Source of the DNA: Promethearchaeota archaeon
Lineage (GTDB): Archaea > Asgardarchaeota > Lokiarchaeia > Sigyniarchaeales > SOKP01
Reading direction: 5' to 3'
NCBI GenBank assembly: GCA_030599585.1
Contig: JAUVNS010000006.1
Span: 160,001 to 224,000, forward strand
Length of the DNA: 64,000 nucleotides
Shown in pieces: positions 1 to 9,265 of this stretch; position 1 is the stretch's first letter, and each line of letters opens with the position of its first letter. The notes beneath the pieces were generated by a model. It saw only the letters and a list, made by a program, of their open reading frames with translations. It did no database searches and was not told the DNA's origin. The translations under genes were made by a program, and so were the position numbers.

Positions 1-423
1 GTTTAATTCTGTAAACGCATATTTAAGCACTAATTGAGCGGCTTCACCTACTATGCCCTTCCCCCAATAATCCGGTTCACCAATCATTGCAAAGATATTA
101 GCATGACGACTTACCCAATCAATGCGGTTTAATCCAACCTCTCCAATTGGACGCTTATCGCGTTTGTGATAGATAACAAATCCTGCATAATCTCTGATAT
201 GTCCATGTCCATGTCCATCTGGAACGGCCTCAAGCCTTTTTTTCATATCATCCAGACTCCTTGGCCACATGTTTCTTGAATACCGTCGTACTTTTGGATC
301 GTTTTTCCATTTACATCTGAGTGCCGCCCATTTGGAGTTTTGTACGACTAAATCAATGGTTTCTCCTTCAATGAAAGGAAAAACTTCTATCTCTTCTTCC
401 TTCTTTTCTTTTTCTTCTGTCAT
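1..423 (-). CDS. GNAT N-acetyltransferase, RimJ/RimL family (3' end runs off the window; not in the ORF track)
   Basis: Manual translation from ATG at 423 gives MTEEKEKKEEEIEVFPFIEGETIDLVV...KRPIGEVGLNRIDWVSRHANIFAMIGEPDYWGKGIVGEAAQLVLKYAFTELN. The YWGKG acetyl-CoA motif and YAF.ELN are typical of RimJ/RimL. Confidence 0.88.
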   Translation of the reverse strand, partial: MTEEKEKKEEEIEVFPFIEGETIDLVVQNSKWAALRCKWKNDPKVRRYSRNMWPRSLDDMKKRLEAVPDGHGHGHIRDYAGFVIYHKRDKRPIGEVGLNRIDWVSRHANIFAMIGEPDYWGKGIVGEAAQLVLKYAFTELN

Positions 424-677
424 TTTGATTACCTAAAATTTAAAAAGTTTTCATCAATCTGAATATGAGAAAATAACGAAAAATGGCATTAAAATTTTTC
501 TATTTATCAATAAGAGGCTTTAATTTGAGTTGATCTTCAATTTAAAACAAAATATACCACGATACCTTGCTCAAAGAGATTATTATTAGTAAAAAATACA
601 TAAAAAATTAAAGATTCTTCATTCTCTAATAAAAAGTGAAAAAAAAATAAAAAAAATTTTAAAATACGTAAAAATAA

Positions 678-890
678 TTACATCAATTTCATAGCCAAGT
701 CCATATCGTTAGCAGTTAATTTCTTTCGACCGGCGTGACGAGTCATTTCAAGAGCTTTATTTGTTACTCCTCGGGCAGCTTTTTCAAGATAATCGATTAA
801 TGCATCGACTGCTTCACGAGCTACCATTTCAGCGCCGTTATCTTTCATTAACTTTCTAACTGGAGACCAGGCAAATACTTTTTTAGCCAT
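678..890 (-). CDS. Archaeal histone (HMf-like histone fold)
   Basis: 70 aa with SPVRKLMK..GAEMV....HAGRKKLTANDM, the archaeal histone-fold pattern. No N-terminal tail. Confidence 0.92.
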   Translation of the reverse strand: MAKKVFAWSPVRKLMKDNGAEMVAREAVDALIDYLEKAARGVTNKALEMTRHAGRKKLTANDMDLAMKLM

Positions 891-1342
891 TATTTTATTC
901 CTCCACTTTTAATTTAGTAATATTTTTTATAAAGTTCCTATGTTTAACTTTGAACTTTATTATATTATATATCTTCATTCAAATATTTAAAAGTTGCTGA
1001 AATTTTTCGATAGGATATGTTTCGGTTAATAATTTCGTCCGATCGACAAAATTGCGATGTGAGAGAAGAAAGGCGATAAGCACACTGCTGAGCTTTTAGA
1101 TCAGAGATTTTTTTTGATTTTGAAATATGTACTAGGATTAATTCAGTTTGATAAAATGCTATACCAACTTATTAAATACCTATTAACGGTATCATATTTC
1201 TCTTGATAAGAAAAATTTGATGATAGAATAAAGCTTTATTTATTGGATAGCACATTGTAAGCATCAATTGTTAAATTTAGAATAAAATGAACTCTAATTT
1301 CTTACCAAAAAAAAGAGAATTAATCAACATTTAATTTGTTCA

Positions 1343-1621
1343 TTACTTTAACTTTCTTCCAATCCAACGAATACCTATATAGCCAATCGCGCCTAGTACA
1401 CCATAAGTGGCACCGTTAATCAGTCCACCCCAGAGGTTGTTAATGGGAATTTCTACCATAATACATGTGAGTTCACAAACCTCGATATATTTAGGAAATA
1501 TTAAGCTTCCTGGCCAGATATTCATTGGAGCAATAAATGTTATAAATAAAACTCCAGTAAAGACGATAAAAATAGTTAGGGTAAAAAATAGATTAAAATA
1601 ACTATCAGCAGGTGACGACAT
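1343..1621 (-). CDS. Small hypothetical membrane protein (2 TM)
   Basis: Likely start is ATG 1621 (MSSPADSYFNLFF...), because the longer track ORF overlaps leuB. Two hydrophobic segments and a basic C-terminus. Confidence 0.55.
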   Translation of the reverse strand: MSSPADSYFNLFFTLTIFIVFTGVLFITFIAPMNIWPGSLIFPKYIEVCELTCIMVEIPINNLWGGLINGATYGVLGAIGYIGIRWIGRKLK

Positions 1622-1728
1622 TTTTACTAACCATGAATATAAGTTTACACAAGAAGAATTAAGAATACTATTTAAATCTTCTATTATAAATACTAAGTAA
1701 ATTTCTAAAAATATACTTGGTAATTGGT

Positions 1729-2793
1729 ATGAAGAAAATAATAGCAATCACTCGTGGCGATGGTTGCGGTCCCGAAGTTGTGAACGAAGGAATTAAAATT
1801 CTCAAGATCGTTTCAGAGTTCACTGACTATGATTTTGAATTTAATGACGCTCCAGCAGGAGGTGAAGTTTGGAAAGTATTTGGTACCAATCTTCCTGAGA
1901 AATCGTTTGATACAATTAAAAAATCTGATGCGCTATTGTTTGGCGCTATTGGTTTGCCTGATTTGCCCCCCGGTGTAGCAGAAAGTGCTATTATGAAAAT
2001 TCGGCAAGGTTTAGATTTATATATTAATTTGAGGCCCGTTAAATTATATGATGTACTTCGCGAGAAATGTCCTTTAAAAAGCGAATTTATAGGAAAGGGT
2101 ATTGATATTACTTTTGTGAGGGAAAATACCGAAGGACTCTATAAGAACATAGGAAAATTGGGAGAAGACTCAGCAGAGAACCTAATGGTTTACTCCAGAG
2201 AGGGTTGTGAGCGAATTATTAAGTTTGCGTTTGAATTTGCAAAAAAAAATCGTCATAAAATTGTTACCTCCGTTGATAAGGCTAATATTTTGAACACAAG
2301 TAAACTATGGAGAAAAATCTTTCACGAAATGAGTGGAGACTATTCAAATATTGAAACAGAAGATATATACATAGATGCATTTACCCAGTGGCTAATAAGA
2401 GCACCTCATAGATTTCAAACTGTAGTCACAGGAAATATGTTTGGGGATATTATTAGCGACGAAGGCGCTTTCCTTGTAGGAAGTCTGGGAATGGGCCCGA
2501 GTGGAAATATTCATCCCGGAAAAGTGTCGATGTACGAACCAATTCACGGCTCGGCCCCCGACATTGCAGGAAAAGGAATTGCTAATCCTATAGGCACTAT
2601 TTTAAGTGTAAAGTTAATGTTCGAAGAATCGTTTCACTCGTCTGAAATAGGAAAGAAAATTGATACTGCAGTTGAAGAGGCTCTATTAGAGGGAAGGACT
2701 ACTGACATTAAAAGCGATAGCTTAAAAACCCTTACTACGATAAAAATGGGTGATCTGATTTCTAGTAAACTTAAAAATAAGCTAAAAGCGTAA
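1729..2793 (+). CDS. leuB: 3-isopropylmalate dehydrogenase (isocitrate/isopropylmalate dehydrogenase family)
   Basis: Motifs GDGCGPEV, LDLYINLRP, RENTEGLY, VDKANIL, NMFGDIISD and YEPIHGSAPDIAGKGIANP. Exact substrate specificity is not provable from sequence. Confidence 0.75.
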   Translation: MKKIIAITRGDGCGPEVVNEGIKILKIVSEFTDYDFEFNDAPAGGEVWKVFGTNLPEKSFDTIKKSDALLFGAIGLPDLPPGVAESAIMKIRQGLDLYINLRPVKLYDVLREKCPLKSEFIGKGIDITFVRENTEGLYKNIGKLGEDSAENLMVYSREGCERIIKFAFEFAKKNRHKIVTSVDKANILNTSKLWRKIFHEMSGDYSNIETEDIYIDAFTQWLIRAPHRFQTVVTGNMFGDIISDEGAFLVGSLGMGPSGNIHPGKVSMYEPIHGSAPDIAGKGIANPIGTILSVKLMFEESFHSSEIGKKIDTAVEEALLEGRTTDIKSDSLKTLTTIKMGDLISSKLKNKLKA

Positions 2794-2800
2794 ATATCTA

Positions 2801-4363
2801 TTATTTTAATTTTCTCGTGGTAACAATAACATCTAGCATTAGTTTCAAATGTTCATATATTTTTTCTCTATAATCTGGACCAATTTTTAGGAATAGAACT
2901 GACACAACTTTCTCTTCTAAATCCTCATCGATTAAAAATTCTTCCATTAACTGAGACCAGTTTTTGTCGTCAGATACTCGAATACCTACAATTACAGCGC
3001 GTTTCTTTCTCACTTTTCTAATAATGTTGATAAGTATATCCTTCCATTTAGGATCAATGTGCTCCCTATCGCGAGCATCGAATATGCAGAAAACTCCATC
3101 CGAATTAGATAGAATAAAATCATCGTAGGCAAAGCTACTTAAAATTAGACCGTTCTTATACGGGTATAATTTTTCTTTAATACTATCTTTTAACTTTGAA
3201 TATTCACCGAGGTTTTCTAAGTTCAAGATCGTTTGGAAGCCCGGATCCCAACTCATGCTTTCAGAGATGAATGTTAATTCTAAGATAACAAGTTCCTTTA
3301 AGGTTGAAAGAATAGCTTCAACTAATTCTTCCCGGATTACATCTTTTTCTTTTTTCTTGGTTTTAATGATGTAGTGATAAGCAATTAATTCAAAAGCGTT
3401 GATCACATTTTCACCGGAGAGAGCACTGGTTTCTATGTAGGATATACCCGTTTCTGATAGAGATTTCGCTAATTCCTCTCCTTCAACTGTGGATACTACT
3501 CTTTGCTTGGATAAATCGACTTTATTTCCCACGATAACCATAGGGATATTTTTTTCATCAATGAGCTGATTTATCTCTTCATGCCAATCTTTGATTTTCT
3601 CAAATGATTCTCTGTTAGTAATATCAAAAACAATAAAGGCCGCTTCTGCGCCCTTGTAGTATATCTTGCGAAATCTTTTGAAATATTGCTGCGCACCTAT
3701 GTCCCATAACTGAACTGAGATTTCGTTTCCTTGAAAGTCAAAATTATGAGCAAAGATGTTAAGGCCAATAGTGGCTCGATAGTCGTGAGAAAACTTTCTT
3801 TCTACGAATTGTCGGATTAGAGAAGTTTTTCCTACCTCGTGGTTTCCTATGATAACAAATTTAAAGTTGTAATTTGCACATTCATCCAATGCTGATTGAC
3901 AAATAGATTCTTTAAGCTTTTCATGCCTTTCTGTTTCAGAATCAAAATCGGGGATATCTAGCTGTATTAATTCGTCCCCATGCATGTGAAGAAGTTGTGC
4001 AACTTTTTCTGCAAGGAAGTACGTATATGGGGCAACTTTTTCAACTGATGCCATGCTATTAAAAACTAAGCTTAAAATTCTTTCTTCGTCAATTGTAATA
4101 AACAATAAGCGATACTCATCCGTATCGAACGAAGCAGTTCCAAATTTCTTGAAGGCAAATTCGTTCCTTATCCTTTCTAAAACGGGATTTATCAGGGTCG
4201 TTAATACTGATACAAGTTCTAGATCACTTTCAGTGTTTTTTTTTTTTTCTCCCGCGATCACGAAACCTTCATGATCTGAAACTATAATTGCCTCAACATC
4301 AGTAAATCTTCCTAGAAAATTGTTAAGAATCTCATCGAACAGTCGTTTTCTATTAACTAACAA
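2801..4363 (-). CDS. Roadblock/LC7 domain + Rab-like small GTPase + degenerate C-terminal GTPase-like domain (paralog 1)
   Basis: N-terminal VEAIIVSDHEGFVIAG roadblock pattern. G1 GNHEVGKTS, G2 ATIG, G3 WDIGAQ, G4 GNKVD, G5 ETSAL. Confidence 0.85.
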   Translation of the reverse strand: MLVNRKRLFDEILNNFLGRFTDVEAIIVSDHEGFVIAGEKKKNTESDLELVSVLTTLINPVLERIRNEFAFKKFGTASFDTDEYRLLFITIDEERILSLVFNSMASVEKVAPYTYFLAEKVAQLLHMHGDELIQLDIPDFDSETERHEKLKESICQSALDECANYNFKFVIIGNHEVGKTSLIRQFVERKFSHDYRATIGLNIFAHNFDFQGNEISVQLWDIGAQQYFKRFRKIYYKGAEAAFIVFDITNRESFEKIKDWHEEINQLIDEKNIPMVIVGNKVDLSKQRVVSTVEGEELAKSLSETGISYIETSALSGENVINAFELIAYHYIIKTKKKEKDVIREELVEAILSTLKELVILELTFISESMSWDPGFQTILNLENLGEYSKLKDSIKEKLYPYKNGLILSSFAYDDFILSNSDGVFCIFDARDREHIDPKWKDILINIIRKVRKKRAVIVGIRVSDDKNWSQLMEEFLIDEDLEEKVVSVLFLKIGPDYREKIYEHLKLMLDVIVTTRKLK

Positions 4364-4490
4364 ACGGATACACCTTCAATTTTGAATTAAATCAAGAAGA
4401 AAATATTCTTATCATAATTATAATATAACTTGCTTTTAAAAGTAGTCATTTGAAAATATTAGATTTTGGAGTAAATAATAACGCTGAGTT

Positions 4491-6056
4491 TTACGAATTA
4501 ATCATAGTACTAAACATCACATCAAGCTGATCGTATATTTCCAGTCTATACTCGAAACCAATCTTAAAGAATAGAAGTGAGACCATTTTTTCTTCCAAAT
4601 ATTCATTAATATTAAATTGTTCCATTATATTAGACCAATCGGTTTCATCTGATACTCTTACACCAATTAGAGCAACTTTATTTTCTTTTAAATTGCTTAT
4701 AATGTTCACAACCACATCTTTCCATTTAGGATCGATATTCTTATTGTCCCGTGCGTCAAAGATAACAAAAACACCATCAGAATCTGCAATATCAATATTA
4801 TCAAAAAGAAAATTCTTTACTAGCAATCCATTGGAGTATTGGTACAATCTTTTTTCTTTGTCATCTATTATTTTATCACATTCGCATAAACTATTAACCT
4901 CATTTAAGATTTGTAACCCTGGGCTCCAAAAGGGGTTTTCGGTTATAAATGTGATTACTAATTTCTTATTCTTGTTTAAAATCGAATTAATCTGAATCAT
5001 TAAATTTTCTTTTAATTTTTGTTCTTCTCTTTCTTTACTCTTTATAATATAATGATATGCTATTAGGCTAAACGAATCTTTAATATTTTCACCGGTCAAA
5101 GCGCTGGTTTCAATATAGGAAAAATCGCTATCAGTATTTTCTCGTGTAAGTTCGTCAACTAGCGCCATTCCATCTTTATATTGAACCTTTCTCTGGTCAG
5201 ACAAATCAATTTTATTACCTACAATTACTATTGGTATATTTTTTTTATGGAGAAAATCTTTAAGTTCTTGATACCATACTTTCACATTTGCGAAGGAATC
5301 TCTTTTGCAAACATCGAACACGATGAAAGCAGCTTGAGCGCCTACATAATAAGTCTTTCTAAATCGTTTGAAATATTCTTGTCCACCAAGATCCCAAAGC
5401 GAAAAGTAGACTTCATTTCCATAAAAGCGTATTGAATGAGAGAGGACATTTAAGCCAAGAGTAGACCTATAATCAAGAGAAAATCTATTTTCTACAAATC
5501 TTCTTACAATCGAAGATTTTCCAACAGCTTTATCGCCCACTATTATAAATTTAAACTTATAGATTCCTCCTGAATCTAAACGTAATTGATAAATTTGATC
5601 TTTTATTCTATTGATACTATCAGAAGTATTAGATTCTATTTCGAAATTCGGTATATTGACTTGAATTAAATCGCCTTCGTTTGCAAATATGATTTGAGCT
5701 GTTTTTTCTGCTAGAAAATAAGCGTAAGGGCTAATTTTATCAACAGAAGCTAAAGTGTCTAAAACTACGCTAAGAGTGATATTCTCGTCTATAGAAATAA
5801 AGAGTAATCGATTTTTTTCGGTGTCAAAACTAGCTGATCCAAACTTTTTGAAGGCAAATTCTTCCCGTATTCTTTCTAAAAGTGGATTTATTAATGCGGT
5901 TAATACTGATACTAATTCCATATCAGTGTTTGCTTTTTTTTGGCCAGCTATAATAAATCCTTCTTGATCAGATACAATTAAAGCCTCTACATCATCATTA
6001 ACAAGCAGAAAATTAGTAAGAAGTTCATTAAAAAGTCGTTTTTTGTTTATTGACAT
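4491..6056 (-). CDS. Roadblock/LC7 domain + Rab-like small GTPase + degenerate C-terminal GTPase-like domain (paralog 2)
   Basis: VEALIVSDQEGFIIAG roadblock pattern. G1 GDKAVGKSS, G3 WDLGGQE, G4 GNKID, G5 ETSAL. Colinear with 2801-4363 over its full length. Confidence 0.85.
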   Translation of the reverse strand: MSINKKRLFNELLTNFLLVNDDVEALIVSDQEGFIIAGQKKANTDMELVSVLTALINPLLERIREEFAFKKFGSASFDTEKNRLLFISIDENITLSVVLDTLASVDKISPYAYFLAEKTAQIIFANEGDLIQVNIPNFEIESNTSDSINRIKDQIYQLRLDSGGIYKFKFIIVGDKAVGKSSIVRRFVENRFSLDYRSTLGLNVLSHSIRFYGNEVYFSLWDLGGQEYFKRFRKTYYVGAQAAFIVFDVCKRDSFANVKVWYQELKDFLHKKNIPIVIVGNKIDLSDQRKVQYKDGMALVDELTRENTDSDFSYIETSALTGENIKDSFSLIAYHYIIKSKEREEQKLKENLMIQINSILNKNKKLVITFITENPFWSPGLQILNEVNSLCECDKIIDDKEKRLYQYSNGLLVKNFLFDNIDIADSDGVFVIFDARDNKNIDPKWKDVVVNIISNLKENKVALIGVRVSDETDWSNIMEQFNINEYLEEKMVSLLFFKIGFEYRLEIYDQLDVMFSTMINS

Positions 6057-6158
6057 AATCAGTTCAGTGTAATACGAATATATTAGAGTGAAATATTAAA
6101 AACCACATATACTTAAAAGTGATAATTTTATAATTTATTAAATAGTTTTCTGATTGAC

Positions 6159-6734
6159 ATGGTTAGTTGTATAATTTGTCATTTGGGTATTATTGAAGGC
6201 GTAGATTCGTCTCACAATTGTCCGAATGGGCATCAAGCTCACACTGAATGTTTAAAGGAGTGGATACTTCATTCTTCTAATTGTCCAGTATGTAGAGAAC
6301 CGTATTCAAAAGAAGTGCTTGACAAGTTCAAAGATTTTATAAAACTTAGAGAGAATGAAAAGCTAGAAGCATTAGATAACGATCTCAGAATAGATGAGTT
6401 AAAAAAAATGGAAAAAATTGCCTCGAAAATGTCCTTTCTAAAATTTATCGAGTCAATCGATATTCTGATCAACGAACAAGAATATGACTACGCTTTATCA
6501 CGGTTAGACTTACATAATAACGGTAGTAACTCAATCCAAAAGGGCCAAAATATTTTATTTTTAAAAGGTAAGATTAATTACATGAGAGGGCGTTATGATC
6601 TGGCAATTAATCTATTATTTAAATTAGTAAAAGAAAAATACGACCATTCCGAAGGATTCCTTTTCCTTGGAAAGGCATATGAAGCCTTAGGTTTAGATGA
6701 TAAAGCAAAATGGGCGTATGAAAGAGTTAAATAA
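6159..6734 (+). CDS. RING-H2 finger + TPR protein (putative E3 ubiquitin ligase)
   Basis: C-x2-C...CPNGHQAHTEC...W......CPVCR (C3H2C3 with RING Trp and Pro). C-terminal TPR-like helices (LKGKINYMRGRYDLAI; FLGKAYEALG...A...YER). Confidence 0.8.
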   Translation: MVSCIICHLGIIEGVDSSHNCPNGHQAHTECLKEWILHSSNCPVCREPYSKEVLDKFKDFIKLRENEKLEALDNDLRIDELKKMEKIASKMSFLKFIESIDILINEQEYDYALSRLDLHNNGSNSIQKGQNILFLKGKINYMRGRYDLAINLLFKLVKEKYDHSEGFLFLGKAYEALGLDDKAKWAYERVK

Positions 6735-6760
6735 GCTTCTATTTTTACTAATAATATACT

Positions 6761-8167
6761 ATGAAACCTTTTTGTTTAACCATTGCTGGTTCTGATCCTA
6801 CTTCTGGTGCCGGAATTCAAGCTGATATCAGAACTTTTGACAGAATTGGAGTTCATCCTTTCTCTGCAATTACCGCAATTACATATCAAACAGCTACAGA
6901 TTTCTATGGGTTTAAATCGCTCTCAGAGGAATTAGGCGAGCAACTTGACGCTATTTTGAATTCATACCCCATCAAATATGTTAAGATAGGGATGATCCCA
7001 GATAATAAATCCTTAGATATAATAAAAAACGCGATTCTAACTCATAATTTAATTGCTGTTTTAGACCCTGTTAATACATCTAGTGTTGGTGAAAGACTAT
7101 CGAGCGAAGGTCTTGAAATTGAAATTGAAAGAGATATTTTTCCTTTAGTAACTGTTTTAACTCCAAATCTAAATGAAGCAAGTTATTACGCTAATAAAGA
7201 ACTTAAAAATATTACTTCAGATGACTTTAGATCACTCAAAGATGCAGCAGAGATTATCATTAGGAAAATGTATGTAGATCAAGAAATTTCCAAAATTCAG
7301 AAAGCTATTGTAATCAAAAGTGGAGGAAAGGATCAGAATAGCATATTTGACTTGGTTTGTTTGAGTAAGTTAACAAATTCTAAAGAAATTCTCGATTTCA
7401 AGATATTCAAAAAGCGGAAAATATCACTTCAAGGAAACGTACACGGAACAGGATGTGTATTTTCTTCAGCTATTACCGCTTATCTTTCATTAGGAAACCC
7501 TTTAATAACATCTATAGAAAAAACAGAAGCTTTTTTTAACCGTAATTTTCTTAAATTTATAGAATTACCACAAATGGGAAAGATTTTAGATTTAACATTG
7601 GAAACAGAACAGATCGAGGTTATTAATCAGATAAAAGAGATTTATAATTATGTTTCCAACAATACGAAATTTAGGAAGTTAATACCTGAAGTAAGAATGA
7701 ATATTTCGGGTTCTTTACCTAATGCAACTAGTAAAGAAGAAGTAGCGGGAATTGAAGGAAGAATAACAATTATAGGGGGGTATCCACATGCTTCCGGAGA
7801 TGTAAAATTTAATGTATCAGATCATACTGCCCGACTGATTCTTTCAGCAAAAGAATTTGACAACTCGATTAACTTTGTTACAAATCTACGATATAAAGAT
7901 AAGTATGTAAAAAGAATTCAAGAAGAGACAAACTTAAAGACATTTGAATTTTTGAGGCAATCGCAACCAGACGCCATTAAACATGAGGAACGATCTACCA
8001 TGAGATGGCTAATTGAAGAAAGCATAAATAAAATGGGCGAGATACCCGATCTTATTTGGGACAAAGGATCGATCGGTAAAGAACCAATGATTAGGTTGTT
8101 TAGCAAAACTTCCAAGGATATGATTGAAAAATTGATTAAAATTGTAAATGTTATAAATAATGAGTAA
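6761..8167 (+). CDS. thiDN: Bifunctional HMP/HMP-P kinase ThiD fused to thiamine-phosphate synthase ThiN
   Basis: ThiD motifs LTIAGSDPTSGAGIQAD, LTPNLNEA and HGTGC. ThiN motifs LIPEVRMN, GRIT, SDHTAR and GKEPMI. Confidence 0.9.
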   Translation: MKPFCLTIAGSDPTSGAGIQADIRTFDRIGVHPFSAITAITYQTATDFYGFKSLSEELGEQLDAILNSYPIKYVKIGMIPDNKSLDIIKNAILTHNLIAVLDPVNTSSVGERLSSEGLEIEIERDIFPLVTVLTPNLNEASYYANKELKNITSDDFRSLKDAAEIIIRKMYVDQEISKIQKAIVIKSGGKDQNSIFDLVCLSKLTNSKEILDFKIFKKRKISLQGNVHGTGCVFSSAITAYLSLGNPLITSIEKTEAFFNRNFLKFIELPQMGKILDLTLETEQIEVINQIKEIYNYVSNNTKFRKLIPEVRMNISGSLPNATSKEEVAGIEGRITIIGGYPHASGDVKFNVSDHTARLILSAKEFDNSINFVTNLRYKDKYVKRIQEETNLKTFEFLRQSQPDAIKHEERSTMRWLIEESINKMGEIPDLIWDKGSIGKEPMIRLFSKTSKDMIEKLIKIVNVINNE

Positions 8168-8215
8168 TAATGTTGTAATATAGAAATAAGGTTACTGGCG
8201 TCAAAACACAAGATT

Positions 8216-9115
8216 TTAACTCATAAGATTTGAAGAGTATTGCTGGACTAAATACTCGATTTTTTCAGCATCTAATTGTTCCTGTTCAAGTTCAGGGCAC
8301 ATGTGTTCAAGATGTGAAAGTAATTCGCTTAATCCTATCTCTGCTTCTTTTATATTGTCACTATCCTCTTCTCTGAGAACTATCGATCCCATTAGGTGGT
8401 CAGTTCGTTTAAAAATTATAATATTACCTTCAAGCCTAATTTGATTTAGTTCAGAGTTAAATGATTCTTTAGCGTATTGGGTAATAGCAGCAAATAAACC
8501 ACCATGCAAAATATCTTGATTGGAAGAAGACGTTAATGGTACTCCGCCTCTATCAAAAACTGTTAATGCTTTAGGAGTTGCCGCATTACCTATCCGTTTT
8601 CCAGTTAGTTTGTAATAAATTTTCGTGAATGCAGGCACAATACCAAATCCTGTTTTGCAGGAAATAGGTAGTATTTCAAATGTGTCAATTTTATGCAAGT
8701 CTAATGCTTTTATAATATCGCCCATGGAAGCTACTGGGGACATGTCAATCTTGTTTGTTAACACAATTAATGGTTTCTTCTTAAAAACTGATGATAGTTT
8801 CCATAATTCATCTTTCGCTTCGTTGAATCTTTCCCGGGCGTAAGCGTCTATCATAAAAATGACACATGAAGCGTTTGAGAGTTCTCCTAACCACATATCT
8901 CTAAAATCTTTTTGACCACCCATGTCCATAAGATTTATAGGAATACCTTGAACTTCTAGCTTAGTTAGCTCCTTTCCCATAGTTGGAGTATGCTTAACGA
9001 ATGTTCCACTTTGGAGAAAACTTACTAAAGTACTTTTTCCTGCATTATCCAACCCACAAATTACAATTTTTTTTTCTTTAGCGAAAAGTTTTTGTAAAAC
9101 ATTTTTAACGCCCAT
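8216..9115 (-). CDS. Arf-like small GTPase fused to a C-terminal longin-like domain (cassette copy 1)
   Basis: MG + amphipathic helix, GLDNAGKST, PTMG, DMGGQxxxRxxW, RERFNEAKDEL, NKID, SCKTG. C-terminal VFDRGGVPL...GGLFAAITQYAKESF longin-type pattern. Confidence 0.88.
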   Translation of the reverse strand: MGVKNVLQKLFAKEKKIVICGLDNAGKSTLVSFLQSGTFVKHTPTMGKELTKLEVQGIPINLMDMGGQKDFRDMWLGELSNASCVIFMIDAYARERFNEAKDELWKLSSVFKKKPLIVLTNKIDMSPVASMGDIIKALDLHKIDTFEILPISCKTGFGIVPAFTKIYYKLTGKRIGNAATPKALTVFDRGGVPLTSSSNQDILHGGLFAAITQYAKESFNSELNQIRLEGNIIIFKRTDHLMGSIVLREEDSDNIKEAEIGLSELLSHLEHMCPELEQEQLDAEKIEYLVQQYSSNLMS

Positions 9116-9162
9116 AGTCCCTCACATTATTTGTTTATATGATAATTTTTATTCTTAGTCCC

Positions 9163-9223
9163 TTATCCCTTAGACGAGAGATATCTATTAAATAGTAATA
9201 GATTTAATATTTAAACTTAAGTT
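9163..9223 (-). promoter_or_regulatory. Promoter/operator element upstream of the Arf-longin gene; repeated at 11109-11169
   Basis: Ungapped 49/61-nt match (hand count) to 11109-11169. Contains TTTAAATA (TATA-like) and CTAAGGGATAA on the minus strand. Confidence 0.7.
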
Positions 9224-9265
9224 AATTAAAAGAGTTAAAGAATATCTACATAATATAGGATACTT

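Noticed and set aside
199-218. Short TGTCCA tandem encoding GHGHGH in the GNAT gene
   Set aside because: Only three copies, in frame. Probably a minor slippage insertion in a loop, with no evidence of function.
1031-1053. Imperfect inverted repeat upstream of the histone gene
   Set aside because: It is a single imperfect occurrence with no second copy in the window, which is insufficient support.
6168-6182. CIICH, a literal CxxCH heme motif, as a possible Ccm substrate
   Set aside because: It is the first Zn-ligand pair of a cytoplasmic RING-H2 domain, and the protein has no signal peptide.
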